Shown: one piece after another, positions 48,075 through 61,385 of the stretch
How the letters are laid out: each line of letters begins with the position of its first letter
Position numbering within the stretch: position 1 is the first letter of the stretch
Source: Tagaea sp.
GTDB taxonomy: Bacteria; Pseudomonadota; Alphaproteobacteria; CACIAM-22H2
Direction of reading: 5' to 3'
DNA length: 64,000 nucleotides
Assembly (NCBI GenBank): GCA_965279525.1
Contig: CBDIIB010000002.1
Location: 32,001 to 96,000 of the forward strand
The notes under the pieces: model-generated
Told to the model about the DNA's origin: nothing
Seen by the model: the letters and a program-made list of their open reading frames with translations, nothing else
The model's database searches: none
Program-made: the position numbers and the translations under genes

Positions 48075-50356
48075 TTCGCGGCCTCGATCGCCATCAGCAC
48101 GCGTTCGGGTGTCGCGGGCGCATCGAGACGGGCTTTGGGGGCGGCCGCACTCGCCGCATCCTGCAACGCGAGAAACACGGTCGTCGCCAGCATCAGCGGC
48201 GGCTCGCCGACCGCTTTCGAGCGGTGGACCGTTTCCTCGCGGTTCCGCCCGCCTTCCCACAGGCGCGTGCGGAAGGCGCGCGGCAGGTCGCGCGCGACCG
48301 GGATCTTGTAGGTGGAGGGAGCGTGCGTGCGCAGCCGGCCGTCCGCGTCGAAGACGATTTCCTCGGTCGTCAGCCAGCCCATGCCCTGAATGAAGCCGCC
48401 CTCGATCTGGCCGATGTCGATGGCGGGGTTCAGCGACCTGCCGGCATCGTGCAGCAGCTCGGCGCGGTCGATGGCGTATTCGCCGGTCAGCGTGTCGATG
48501 GTCGCTTCGACATAGGCCGCCCCGTAGGCGAAATAGTAATAGGGCCGGCCCTTGGCCGTCGCGCGGTCGAAATGGATCTTCGGCGTGCGGTAGAAGCCGG
48601 TCGCCGAAAGCTGGATGCGCGCGTTGTAGGCCTGCTGCACCGCCTCGCGGAAGGTGAGCCACTTGTCGCCCGCCTTCACCTGACCGGCCTCGAAGCGCAC
48701 GTCGCTTTCGCTGACGCGATGCAGGCCGGCGATGAACCCGGCGATGCGCGCCTTGATCGCCTGCGCCGCGCGCTGGGCCGCCTTGCCGTTGAGATCGGAG
48801 CCGGCCGACGCCGCCGTGGCCGAGGTGTTGGGCACCTTCGACGTGTTGGTCGCCGCGATGCGCACGCTTTCGAGCGGAACGGCAAACTCGTCGGCGACAA
48901 CTTGGCAGATCTTGGTGTGCAGGCCCTGGCCCATCTCGGTGCCGGCATGGTTGAGCGCGATCGATCCGTCGGTATAGACGTGGACGAGGGCGCCGGCCTG
49001 GTTGAACTGGAGCGCGGTGAACGACACGCCGAACATCACCGGCGAAAGGGCGATGCCTTTTTTCAGGATCGGGCTTGATGCGTTGAACGCGTCGACCGCC
49101 TGCCGGCGCGCGGCATAGCCGACATCGCCGGAAAGCTCCGCGACGATGCGGTCGGCGGCGAAATCCTCGACCCGCTGGCCGTAATGCGTGAGGTCGCGTG
49201 GCGCCGCCCCGAAGAAATTGAGCGTACGCACGTCGAGCGGATCGCGGCCCAGCTCGCGTGCCACGCGGTCGATGACGTGTTCGGCCGCCAGCACCCCCTG
49301 CGGCCCGCCGAACCCGCGGAAGGCGGTGTTGGATTGCGTGTGCGTCTTGCAGGCATGGCCCGTCGCGCGCACATGCGGCACGTAATAGCAGTTGGTCGTG
49401 TGGAACAGCGCCCGGTCGACGATGGAGGTCGAGAGGTCGGCCACGTGCCCGGCGCGTGCTGCGAACATGATGTCGAGGGCGAGCAGCCGGCCCTGGCCGT
49501 CGAAGCCCACGTCGTAGCGCACGAGGAAATCGTGGCGCTTGCCGGTGATCATGAAATCGTCGTCGCGGTCGAGCCGGTACTTGACCGCGCGCCCGGCCTT
49601 GCGTGCCAGAACGGCCGCGATGCATGCGATGATCGCGGGCTGCGTTTCCTTGCCGCCGAACCCGCCGCCCATGCGCCGCACCTCGCAGGTCACCGCACTT
49701 GCCGGCAGATCCAGGGCGCGCGCCACCATCTTCTGCACTTCGGTCGGATGCTGGGTCGACGACCACACGGTCATCTCGTCCGCTTCCTGCGGGACGGCCA
49801 GCGCGATTTGCCCTTCGAGATAGAAATGGTCCTGCGCGCCGTTGCGGAACTCGCCCTTCAGCCGGTGCGGGGCTTTCTCCAATGCCGCGGGCGCATCGCC
49901 CTGCTGCATCACATAGGATTTGGCGACGAATGACTGTTTCTCGAGTGCCTCCTCGATGGTCAGGATCGCCGGAAGGTCCTCGTAGACGATCTTCACGAGC
50001 TTTCCCGCCGCGCGTGCCGCCTTGATCGACGTGGCGGCGATGGCGACGACCGGCTGGCCGATATATTCGACGATGCCGTCGGCAAGGAACGGCTCGCCCT
50101 TGTAGATCGGCCCGACGTCGTTGCGCCCGGGCACGTCGGCCGCCGCGATGACGGCCTGCACGCCGGGAGCCGCACGGGCGGCCGAAAGATCGACCGATAC
50201 GATGCGCGCATGCGCCTTCGGGCTTTGCACGCACCAGGCATGCAGCGTGCCTTCGGGGCAGGGCAGGTCGTCGATATAGAGCGCTTCGCCGGCCACATGC
50301 TTGGCCGCACTGTCGTGCGCGACGGATTTGCCGGTACTCGCGAATGTCTCAGCCAT
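48071..50356 (-). CDS. xdhB: xanthine dehydrogenase molybdopterin subunit
   Basis: HDSAAKHV, RRMGGGFGGKE, TAFRGFGGPQG, SKAVGEPP. Confidence 0.95.
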   Translation of the reverse strand: MAETFASTGKSVAHDSAAKHVAGEALYIDDLPCPEGTLHAWCVQSPKAHARIVSVDLSAARAAPGVQAVIAAADVPGRNDVGPIYKGEPFLADGIVEYIGQPVVAIAATSIKAARAAGKLVKIVYEDLPAILTIEEALEKQSFVAKSYVMQQGDAPAALEKAPHRLKGEFRNGAQDHFYLEGQIALAVPQEADEMTVWSSTQHPTEVQKMVARALDLPASAVTCEVRRMGGGFGGKETQPAIIACIAAVLARKAGRAVKYRLDRDDDFMITGKRHDFLVRYDVGFDGQGRLLALDIMFAARAGHVADLSTSIVDRALFHTTNCYYVPHVRATGHACKTHTQSNTAFRGFGGPQGVLAAEHVIDRVARELGRDPLDVRTLNFFGAAPRDLTHYGQRVEDFAADRIVAELSGDVGYAARRQAVDAFNASSPILKKGIALSPVMFGVSFTALQFNQAGALVHVYTDGSIALNHAGTEMGQGLHTKICQVVADEFAVPLESVRIAATNTSKVPNTSATAASAGSDLNGKAAQRAAQAIKARIAGFIAGLHRVSESDVRFEAGQVKAGDKWLTFREAVQQAYNARIQLSATGFYRTPKIHFDRATAKGRPYYYFAYGAAYVEATIDTLTGEYAIDRAELLHDAGRSLNPAIDIGQIEGGFIQGMGWLTTEEIVFDADGRLRTHAPSTYKIPVARDLPRAFRTRLWEGGRNREETVHRSKAVGEPPLMLATTVFLALQDAASAAAPKARLDAPATPERVLMAIEAAK

Positions 50357-51800
50357 ACGAAACCGCCCGTACGGAAACACCGCTGCCGGTACTCTCGTGC
50401 CAGAAGCGCAAGACCAGATTTGCCGCCACCTTCGCGCGATAGGCGGCCGACGCGCGCATGTCGCCGATGGGGGCAAAGTCCGCCGCCAGCGCATGCGCCG
50501 CCGCTTCGGCCGTCGCGAGCGTCCAGGGCTGGCCGGCGAGTGCGGCCTCGCAAGCGGCTGCCCGCTTCGGAATCGCCGCCATGCCGCCGAAGGCGACACG
50601 CGCGTCGACGACAATGTCGCCGTCGAACGTCAGGGCGAACACCGCGCAGACGGCCGAGATGTCATCGTCGAGCCGCTTGGAAACCTTGTAGGCCGCAAGC
50701 TTCAGGCCGGGACCAGGCAGGGGAATGCGGATCTTCGCGACGATCTCGCCGGGGGAAAGGGCGGTCTTGCGATAGTCGAGGAAGAAATCGGCGAGCTTCA
50801 GCCGGCGCGATCCGTCGGGCCCTGCAAGCTCCACGTCGGCATCGAGTGCAATGAACACCGGCGGCGAATCCCCGATGGGCGAGGCGTTGGCGATGTTGCC
50901 GCCGACGGTGCCGGCATTGCGCACCGGCGGGCCGGCGAAGCGCGCGAAAAGCTCGTCGAGGGCCGGCCATGTCGCGACCAGCGGGCCGGTCGCCTCGCTC
51001 CACGTGACGGCGGCACCAAGCTCGAGATGCGTGTCGGTCTTCGCGACCGTGCGCAGCTCGGCCACGCGCCCGAGATAGACGATCTTGTCGATGCTCCGGT
51101 GCGCCTTGGTCACTTCGAGGCCCAGATCGGTGCCGCCCGACAGGATGCGCGCGTCGGGATGGGCCTTCAGCACCGCGACCAGCTCGGCCATGTCGTGCGG
51201 TGCGAAGAAGCGGCCGGCATAGGCGAGGCCCTGCGGGCGCGCGAGCTTCGCGAGTTCGGCCACGGTCTCGTCCGTTCGTGCATCGAACGCGTCGGGCCGC
51301 GGATGCTCGAACATCTTCACCGCCGCTTCGAGGATCGGCCGGTAGCCCGTGCAGCGGCACAAATTGCCGCCAAGTGCGCGGTCGAGCGTCTCGCGCGAGG
51401 GCGGTCGCGCGCCGTCATGCGTCCGGTAGAGCTGGAACAGGCTCATCACGAAGCCCGGCGTGCAGAAGCCGCATTGCGAGGCGTGGGTGTCGACCATCGC
51501 CTGCTGCACGGCATGCGGGCGCCCGTCGCTCGCCAGATCCTCGACGGTCAAGAGCTGCGTGCCGTCGAGCGTGCCGACGAACTGGATGCAGGAATTGACC
51601 GACCGGTAGACAAGCTTGCCGGCACCGTCGGGCTCGGCCAGCACCACGGTGCACGCCCCGCAGTCGCCTTCCGCACAGCCTTCCTTGGTGCCGGTGCGCC
51701 CGCAGGGGCCGCGCAGCCAGTCGAGCACCGTCGTCGTCGGGTCGATCCCGGCGATCTCGACCGGCTGGTCGCCCAGAAGAAGTCGTATCCTGTCGCTCAA
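50349..51800 (-). CDS. xdhA: xanthine dehydrogenase small subunit (Fe-S/FAD)
   Basis: [37 protein letters not shown]; TTG start inferred. Confidence 0.93.
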   Translation of the reverse strand: MSDRIRLLLGDQPVEIAGIDPTTTVLDWLRGPCGRTGTKEGCAEGDCGACTVVLAEPDGAGKLVYRSVNSCIQFVGTLDGTQLLTVEDLASDGRPHAVQQAMVDTHASQCGFCTPGFVMSLFQLYRTHDGARPPSRETLDRALGGNLCRCTGYRPILEAAVKMFEHPRPDAFDARTDETVAELAKLARPQGLAYAGRFFAPHDMAELVAVLKAHPDARILSGGTDLGLEVTKAHRSIDKIVYLGRVAELRTVAKTDTHLELGAAVTWSEATGPLVATWPALDELFARFAGPPVRNAGTVGGNIANASPIGDSPPVFIALDADVELAGPDGSRRLKLADFFLDYRKTALSPGEIVAKIRIPLPGPGLKLAAYKVSKRLDDDISAVCAVFALTFDGDIVVDARVAFGGMAAIPKRAAACEAALAGQPWTLATAEAAAHALAADFAPIGDMRASAAYRAKVAANLVLRFWHESTGSGVSVRAVSYG

Positions 51801-51849
51801 CTCGGACGCCCCGCTGTCGGATCGCGTTATTTGTGCGAGAATCCCACCG

Positions 51850-52976
51850 ATGACACGCCCGATGCAAGCCCCGCACCCGAAAGACGCCATACGTGCTCAG
51901 GCCCTCGGCCTCGGTTTCGATGCCGTCGGCTTCGCACCGGCGGCCGCGTCGGCGCAGGCCAAGGCCGGGCTCGAAGCGTTCCTGGCGGCGGGCATGCAGG
52001 GCGATATGGGCTGGATGGCCGCCAATGCCGACCGGCGGGCCGACCCGCAGACGCTGTGGCCCGAGGCGCGCAGCGTGATCGTGCTCGCGGTCAACTACGG
52101 CCCCGACCGCGATCCGCGGGCGGATCTGGCGCGAACCGAGACCGGCAATCTTTCGGTCTATGCGCGCAACCGCGACTATCACGACACGATCAAGAAGCGG
52201 CTGAAAGCACTCGGGCGCTGGATGTGCGCGTCGCTCGGCGGCGACTGCAAGGTATTCGTCGACACGGCCCCGGTCATGGAAAAGCCGCTCGCGCAGCGCG
52301 CCGGGCTCGGCTGGCAGGGCAAGCACACGAACCTCGTGTCGCGCGACCACGGCTCGTGGCTGTTCCTGGGCGCGGTGTTCACCACGCTCGATCTCGCCCC
52401 CGATGCGGCCGAGGGCGACCATTGCGGGGCGTGCCGCGCGTGTCTCGACGCCTGCCCGACGGCGGCGTTTCCCGCCCCCTACCGGCTCGACGCACGGCGC
52501 TGCATTTCGTATCTGACGATCGAGCACAAGGGCCACATCCCGGCCGAGTTCCGCGCCCCCATGGGCAACCGCATCTATGGCTGCGACGACTGCCTTGCGG
52601 TCTGTCCGTGGAACAAGTTCGCGTCCGCCACGCGCGAGGCCGATTTCGTGGCGCGCGCCGACCTGACCGCACCGCTGCTGGCCGAACTCGTCCGGCTCGA
52701 CGATGCCGGCTTCCGCGCGAAATTCGCCGGCTCGCCGGTCAAGCGCATCGGGCGCGACCGGTTCGTGCGCAACGTGCTGGTGGCGATCGGCAATGCCGGG
52801 GCACCGGATCTCGCGGCCGAAGCGAAGGCGCTGGCCGATGATCCGTCGCCGCTCGTGCGCGCGATGGCGGCCTGGGCGCTGCGCCGGCTGCTGCCGGCAG
52901 GGGAATTCGCGGCACTTGCGCATGGCCGCACATCCTGCGAAACCGACGCCGCCGTCGCCGCCGAGTGGAGCCTTTC

Positions 52977-52980
<4 letters not shown>
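51850..52980 (+). CDS. queG: tRNA epoxyqueuosine reductase
   Basis: [37 protein letters not shown]. Confidence 0.95.
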
Positions 52981-55592
<2,612 letters not shown>

Positions 55593-55600
55593 AGTTAGCG

Positions 55601-56692
55601 CTAAGGCTGGGGCTGGCGGCTCGCCGGCCGCGGCACCATCGGCCCCGGCGGATTGAGATCGATCACGTCGACGGCAAGGCGGAGCGTCTGGCCGTCGCGG
55701 CGCACTTCGAGCGTGGCCCGGTTGCCCACGCCCGCACGGCCCAGCGCCACGGCAAGATCGGGCACGTTGCGCACGCGCATGCCGTCGATCGACGCGATGA
55801 CGTCGCCCAGCTTCCTCGTTTCCGGATCGACGGGCCGCAGTCCGGCACGCGCCGCCGGCGTGTTCGGGGCGATCTGCAGGACGACGGCGCCGTCCACGCC
55901 GAGCCGCTCGGCCTCGTCCTCGCTTGCGATGATGACGCCGATCCCGGGGCGCGGCACGCGGCCGTCGCGGATCAGGGCCGGCACGATGCGGTTGACCGTG
56001 TCGACGGGGACCGAAAAGCCGACGCCGGCCGACGTGCCGCTGCGGGACAGGATGGCGGTGTTGACGCCGATCAGTCGGCCGCGCGCGTCGAGCAGCGGGC
56101 CGCCGGAATTGCCGGGATTGATCGCGGCATCGGTCTGGATCACGCCGGCGACCTCGCGTCCGGCGACGGTCGGCAGCTTGCGGTCGAGTGCCGAGATGAT
56201 CCCCTGCGTCAGCGACCGGTCGAGGCCGAACGGATTGCCGATCGCGAAGACGAGCTGGCCCACGCGCAGGTCGGTCGACGTGCCGCGCGCGATGGGGCGC
56301 AGCGGCTCGTCGGCCCGGTCGAGCCGGATGACCGCGAGGTCCACTTCCGGCGCCATGCCCACGACACTCGCCGGCAAGCGCTTGACCCCGTCGAAGGTGA
56401 CCGACAGCACGCGCCCTTCCGAGAGCCCCTCGAGAACATGCGCGTTGGTGACGATGTGACCGGCCGTGTCCCAGACGATCCCCGAACCCGCCCCGTCGCC
56501 CGAGCGCATCCGGTCGCCGATGCGCGCGGCCGCGTTGTCCCGGCGCAGCGAGATCGCCACGACCGAGGGGGCGGCGCGTTCGAACAGGCCGACGATCTCG
56601 CGCTCCAGCGCCTCAAGCGACTGGGCGCCGGCCGGCGGCGGGGCGAGAAGGGCGATCGCGAGGGCGAGGAAGATGGCGGTGCGTAGGATCAT
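55601..56692 (-). CDS. S1C (HtrA-like) serine protease with PDZ domain
   Basis: Signal peptide, GSG, TNAHV, IQTDAAINPGNSGGPL. Confidence 0.92.
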   Translation of the reverse strand: MILRTAIFLALAIALLAPPPAGAQSLEALEREIVGLFERAAPSVVAISLRRDNAAARIGDRMRSGDGAGSGIVWDTAGHIVTNAHVLEGLSEGRVLSVTFDGVKRLPASVVGMAPEVDLAVIRLDRADEPLRPIARGTSTDLRVGQLVFAIGNPFGLDRSLTQGIISALDRKLPTVAGREVAGVIQTDAAINPGNSGGPLLDARGRLIGVNTAILSRSGTSAGVGFSVPVDTVNRIVPALIRDGRVPRPGIGVIIASEDEAERLGVDGAVVLQIAPNTPAARAGLRPVDPETRKLGDVIASIDGMRVRNVPDLAVALGRAGVGNRATLEVRRDGQTLRLAVDVIDLNPPGPMVPRPASRQPQP

Positions 56693-56762
56693 TCCCGAAA
56701 AGATAGGGCAATGGTCCAGCCCCGACCAGCGGTGCCGCACTTTGACAGGCCCCGCCCGGTTG

Positions 56763-56806
56763 TGGACAGATAGGGCCAAGCCCAGTATCGTTGACCGCAC
56801 GGTCAA
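56763..56806 (+). promoter_or_regulatory. promoter TGGACA-N17-TATCGT with overlapping palindromic operator TTGACCG-CA-CGGTCAA
   Basis: Perfect 7-2-7 inverted repeat at 56791-56806 spanning the predicted +1. Confidence 0.7.
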
Positions 56807-56831
56807 TGAAAATAAAACAGGGGAGGCGGAG

Positions 56832-58001
56832 ATGATGGCCTTGTTCACGCGACGCGCAGCACTCGGCGCTGCGGCAGCGACGGCAATCCTTGCGACGACC
56901 TTCGGTGCGGCGGCCCAGCAGCCGCCGATCCGCGTGGGAGCGATCCTGGCCGTCACCGGGGGTGCCTCGTTCCTCGGCGACCCGGCGGCCAAGACGCTGC
57001 GGCTCTATGTCGAGCAGATCAACAAGGCCGGTGGCGTCCTCGGCCGCCAACTCGAGCTCAAGCTCTATGACAGTGCCGGCGATCCGCGCCAGGCCGTGAC
57101 CTTCACCCGCCGCCTGATCGAGGACGACAAGGTCGACTTCATCCTGGGGGCGTCGACCACCGGCGAGACGATGGCGATGGTCGAACTGGTCGAAGAAGCG
57201 AAGATCCCGCTCGTCAGCCTTGCCGGCGCCACGCCCATCGTCGAGCCGGTCAAGCGCTTCGTCTTCAAGACCCCGCATTCCGACCGCATGGCGGTCGAGA
57301 AGATGTACGACGACATGCGCCGCGACAACATGACCAAGGCAGCGATCCTCGCCGGCTCGGGCGGGTTCGACCAGTCCTGCCGGGCGGAGGCCAAGGCGCT
57401 GGCGCCGCGCTACAACATCCAGCTCGTCGCCGACGAGACCTATGCCGCGACCGACACCGACATGACCCCGCAGCTCACCCGCATCCGCAACACCGCGGGC
57501 GTGCAGGCGATCATCGGCTGCGGCTTCGGCTCGCCCACCGTCATCACGGCGCGCAACTACCGCCAGCTCGGCATGCAGAACGTGCGCTTCTACTTCAACC
57601 ACGGCGTCGCTTCCCAGCAGTTCATCGACCAGAGCCAGGGTGCGGCCGAAGGCATGCGCATGCCGGTCGCGGCCCTGCTCGTCGCGGCACAGCTGCCGGC
57701 GAACGATCCGCAGAAGAAGGTCACGACGGAGTACACGGCCGCCTACAAGGCGGCCTACAACAACGAGGCGGTCTCGGGTTTCGGCGGCCACGCCTACGAC
57801 GCGCTGATGATCACCGTGGAGGCGATCAAGCGCGCAGGCTCGCTCGACAAGGCCAAGGTGCGCGACGAGATCGAGAAGACGACCAACTTCATCGGCGCCG
57901 ACGGCATCTTCAACATGAAGCCGACCGACCACATGGGGCTCGACATCCGCTCGTTCAAGATGGTCGAGGTGCGCGGCGGCACCTGGCACCTGCTGTACTG
58001 A
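56832..58001 (+). CDS. HAAT (LivJ-like) ABC substrate-binding protein
   Basis: RR-containing signal, IRVGAIL..G..SFLG, INKAGGVLGRQLE. Confidence 0.9.
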   Translation: MMALFTRRAALGAAAATAILATTFGAAAQQPPIRVGAILAVTGGASFLGDPAAKTLRLYVEQINKAGGVLGRQLELKLYDSAGDPRQAVTFTRRLIEDDKVDFILGASTTGETMAMVELVEEAKIPLVSLAGATPIVEPVKRFVFKTPHSDRMAVEKMYDDMRRDNMTKAAILAGSGGFDQSCRAEAKALAPRYNIQLVADETYAATDTDMTPQLTRIRNTAGVQAIIGCGFGSPTVITARNYRQLGMQNVRFYFNHGVASQQFIDQSQGAAEGMRMPVAALLVAAQLPANDPQKKVTTEYTAAYKAAYNNEAVSGFGGHAYDALMITVEAIKRAGSLDKAKVRDEIEKTTNFIGADGIFNMKPTDHMGLDIRSFKMVEVRGGTWHLLY

Positions 58002-58016
58002 GGGGGATCCATCGAC

Positions 58017-58058
58017 GCTGCCCGCCCCTGCATCGGTCCGGGGCGGGCAGCTTCATTT
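58017..58058 (+). terminator. 12-bp hairpin after the SBP gene
   Basis: gctgcccgcccc / ggggcgggcagc followed by ttcattt. Confidence 0.65.
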
Positions 58059-58071
58059 CCGGGGTGCGCGT

Positions 58072-58947
58072 TTGGACGAGTTCCTGCAGTTCCTGTTCTC
58101 CGGACTGACGCGCGGCTCGATCTACGCGCTGGTCGGGATCGGCTTCGCGATCATCTACAACGCCAGCCACGTCATCAATTTCGCGCAAGGCGAGTTCGTG
58201 ATGATCGGCGGCATGGCGGCCGTCTATCTCACGACGAAGCTGGGCCTGCCGCTGCTGGCCGCGATCCCGCTGGCACTCGCACTCGCCGCGATCGTCGGCG
58301 TCGCACTCCACAAGTTCGCTGTCGAGCCGGCGCGCGGGGCGTCGGTCGTCGCACTCATCATCATCACGATCGGGGCCTCGATCTTCATCAGGGGGGCGGT
58401 CGAGGTCGCGATCGGCAAGCGCGATCATTCGCTGCCGGCCTTCTCGGGCGAGGTGCCCATCGCCATCGCCGGGGCCACGCTGCAGCCGCAGAGCCTGTGG
58501 GTGATGGGCTCGCTCGTCGCGGTGGTGGCGTTCCTCAAATGGTTCTTCGATTCCACACGGCTGGGCAAGGCGATGCTCGCCACGTCGCACAACCGGCTGG
58601 CCGCCCAGCTCGTCGGCATCGAGGTGCGCCACATCCTGCTGGCGAGCTTCGCGCTGTCGGCGGCCCTTGGCGCGCTTGCCGGCATCCTGACTGCCCCCAT
58701 CACGCTGACGCGCTACGACATCGGCGTGATGCTGGGCCTGAAAGGCTTCTGCGCGGCGATCCTGGGCGGATTGGGGAGCCCCTACGGCGCCATCGCGGGC
58801 GGGCTGGCGCTGGGCCTCGCCGAGGCGATGACCGGCGGCTATGTCAGCTCCGGCTACCAGGACGCCGTCGCCTTCGCCGTCATCCTCGCCGTGCTGTTCG
58901 TGCGCCCGCAGGGGCTGTTCGGGCGTGCGGCCACGGAGCGCGTCTGA
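58072..58947 (+). CDS. branched-chain-type ABC permease (LivH-like)
   Basis: GSIYALVGIG, INFAQGE, ILGGLGS. Confidence 0.92.
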   Translation: MDEFLQFLFSGLTRGSIYALVGIGFAIIYNASHVINFAQGEFVMIGGMAAVYLTTKLGLPLLAAIPLALALAAIVGVALHKFAVEPARGASVVALIIITIGASIFIRGAVEVAIGKRDHSLPAFSGEVPIAIAGATLQPQSLWVMGSLVAVVAFLKWFFDSTRLGKAMLATSHNRLAAQLVGIEVRHILLASFALSAALGALAGILTAPITLTRYDIGVMLGLKGFCAAILGGLGSPYGAIAGGLALGLAEAMTGGYVSSGYQDAVAFAVILAVLFVRPQGLFGRAATERV

Positions 58948-58948
58948 C

Positions 58949-59893
58949 ATGGCGGACCTGATCCGGCGCAATTCAGGGCTGCTGGCGCTGGCGCTGGTCG
59001 TGCTTCTGCTGCCGCTCGTCCTTCCCAACCGCTTCTATTTCGACGTCGCGACCAAGGTGTGGCTCAACGCCATCGTGTGCGTCGGTCTCAACCTGCTGAT
59101 CGGCTATGCCGGCCAGATCAGCCTCGGGCATGCCGGCTTCTTCGCGCTGGGTGCCTATGCCTCGGCGATCCTCACGCGCCGCTACGAACTCAACGGCTTC
59201 CTCGCGATGGCGCTGGGCGCGGCAGGCACCGCACTCATCGCCTTCGCGGTGTCGCGCCCGATCCTGCGCCTCAAGGGCCACTATCTGGCGATGGCCACGC
59301 TGGGCCTCGGCATCATCATCTTCATCGTCATCAACCGCGAGATCTGGCTGACCGGCGGACCGGACGGCACGCGGGTCCTCGCCCTGTCGCTGGGCGACTG
59401 GCGCATAACGCGCATCGAGGACTGGTACTGGGCGACGGGCGGCGTGCTGCTCGTCGCCGTCTGGCTGTCGCGCAACCTGATCGATTCGGGCGTCGGGCGG
59501 GCGTTGCGTGCACTCAACGGCTCGGAAGTCGCCGCCGCGACCGCCGGCATCGACACGGCCCGCTACAAGGCGATGGTGTTCGTGGTTTCCGCGGTCTTCG
59601 CGTCGCTCGCCGGCTCGCTGTTCGCGCATGTCGAAAGGTTCGTCACGCCGGCCGAAGCGGGCTTCCTGCGCTCGATCGAGTTCGTCACGATGGTGGTGCT
59701 GGGCGGCATGGCGTCGACGTTCGGTGCCGTCGTGGGTGCCGCCCTGCTGACCGTGCTGCCGCAGGCGGTCGCCGACTTCCAGGATTACAAGCACCTCGCC
59801 TTCGGCGCCGTGCTGATCGCGACGATGGTCTTCCTGCCCAAAGGTCTCGTGCCCAGCCTTGCCGACCTGATCCGCCGCCGGAGGCCGCGATGA
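58949..59893 (+). CDS. branched-chain-type ABC permease (LivM-like)
   Basis: GYAGQISLGH, LKGHYLAMATL, VVLGG. Confidence 0.92.
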   Translation: MADLIRRNSGLLALALVVLLLPLVLPNRFYFDVATKVWLNAIVCVGLNLLIGYAGQISLGHAGFFALGAYASAILTRRYELNGFLAMALGAAGTALIAFAVSRPILRLKGHYLAMATLGLGIIIFIVINREIWLTGGPDGTRVLALSLGDWRITRIEDWYWATGGVLLVAVWLSRNLIDSGVGRALRALNGSEVAAATAGIDTARYKAMVFVVSAVFASLAGSLFAHVERFVTPAEAGFLRSIEFVTMVVLGGMASTFGAVVGAALLTVLPQAVADFQDYKHLAFGAVLIATMVFLPKGLVPSLADLIRRRRPR

Positions 59894-60663
59894 GCCTGCT
59901 GCGCGTCGAGAACCTGTCGAAGAGCTTCGGCGGCGTGAAAGCGGTCGCCGACGTGTCGTTCGCGGTCGAGGCGGGGGCCATCCATTCGCTGATCGGGCCG
60001 AACGGGGCGGGCAAGACGACGCTGTTCAACCTCGTCACCGGCGTCTACGCGCCCACGGCGGGGCGCATCTTCGTCGCCGACCGCGACGTGACCGGGCTGC
60101 CGACCGCCGCACGCGCCGCGATGGGCGTGCAGCGCACCTTCCAGAACCTGCAGATATTCTTCAACATGACGGCGATCGAGAACGTGATGGTCGGCCGGCA
60201 CCTGCATGTCGGCACCGGCCTCGTCGCCTCGCTGCTCGGCCTGCCCGGGATCGTGCACCAGACGCGCGACGCGCGCGAACGTGCCGAAGCGCTGCTTGAC
60301 CATGTCGGCCTTGCCGACTGGCGCCATGCCGACGCCGACGCGATGCCCTATGGCGCCTTGAAGCGGCTCGAGATCGCGCGTGCGCTGGCCGCAGAGCCGC
60401 GCCTGCTGCTGCTCGACGAGCCGGCCGCCGGCCTCAACCCGAAGGAAACGCAGGAGATCGAGCATCTGATCCGGCGCATCGCGGCCTCGGGCATCACGGT
60501 CGTGCTCGTCGAGCACGACATGAAGCTCGTCATGAACGTGTCGGACCACATCCTCGTGCTCGATTATGGCCGCATGCTCGCGCAAGGCACGGCCGCCGAA
60601 GTGCGCCGCAACCCCGACGTCATCAAGGCGTATCTGGGCGAAGCCGGGGGCATCGTCGCATGA
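59890..60663 (+). CDS. ABC ATP-binding protein (LivG-like)
   Basis: GPNGAGKT, RTFQN, LLLDEPAAG, VEHDM. Confidence 0.93.
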   Translation: MSLLRVENLSKSFGGVKAVADVSFAVEAGAIHSLIGPNGAGKTTLFNLVTGVYAPTAGRIFVADRDVTGLPTAARAAMGVQRTFQNLQIFFNMTAIENVMVGRHLHVGTGLVASLLGLPGIVHQTRDARERAEALLDHVGLADWRHADADAMPYGALKRLEIARALAAEPRLLLLDEPAAGLNPKETQEIEHLIRRIAASGITVVLVEHDMKLVMNVSDHILVLDYGRMLAQGTAAEVRRNPDVIKAYLGEAGGIVA

Positions 60664-61373
60664 CGGCGCCGCTGCTCGAGATTTCCGGCCTCGTCTCGCA
60701 TTACGGGCGCATCGAGGCGCTGAAGGGCATCGATCTTGTCGTGGACGAGGGCGAACTCCTCGCTCTCGTCGGCGGCAACGGGGCGGGCAAGACGACGCTG
60801 CTGCGCGCGATCTCGGGCGTGCAGCCGGCCACGTCCGGCCGCATCCGGTTCGCCGGCCGGGACATCTCGACGCTGCCGGCCGCCGGCCGCGTGCGGCTCG
60901 GCATCGCGCAGGTTCCGGAAGGCCGGCAGGTCTTCGGCCCGATGAGTGTCGTCGACAATCTCGAACTCGGCGGCCATACCCGCCCGCAGGCCGAGATCGC
61001 CGAGGGGATCGCGCGCGCCTATGCGATGTTCCCGATCCTTGCCGAGCGGCGAAAGCAGCCCGCCGGCACGCTGTCGGGCGGCCAGCAACAGATGCTGGCG
61101 ATCGCGCGCGCCCTGATGTCGCGCCCGCGCCTGCTGCTGCTCGACGAGCCGTCGATGGGCCTTGCCCCGCTGCTGGTGCAGGAGATATTCGCGACCGTGA
61201 AGCGGCTGAAGGGCGACGGCGTCACGATCTTCCTCGTCGAGCAGAACGCGGCGGCGGCACTTGCCATCGCCGATCGCGGCTATGTGATCGAGACCGGCCG
61301 CATTACCATGCAGGACAGCGGCCCCGCCTTGCTCGCCGACGAGCGCGTCAAGGCCGCGTATCTGGGAATATGA
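60660..61373 (+). CDS. ABC ATP-binding protein (LivF-like)
   Basis: GGNGAGKT, VPEGR, LSGGQQQM, DEPSMGLAP, VEQN. Confidence 0.93.
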   Translation: MTAPLLEISGLVSHYGRIEALKGIDLVVDEGELLALVGGNGAGKTTLLRAISGVQPATSGRIRFAGRDISTLPAAGRVRLGIAQVPEGRQVFGPMSVVDNLELGGHTRPQAEIAEGIARAYAMFPILAERRKQPAGTLSGGQQQMLAIARALMSRPRLLLLDEPSMGLAPLLVQEIFATVKRLKGDGVTIFLVEQNAAAALAIADRGYVIETGRITMQDSGPALLADERVKAAYLGI

Positions 61374-61385
61374 GGAGCTGACACC

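Noticed and set aside
51801-51849. preQ1 riboswitch ahead of the que operon
   Set aside because: No characteristic stem with an A-rich tail; region is very short
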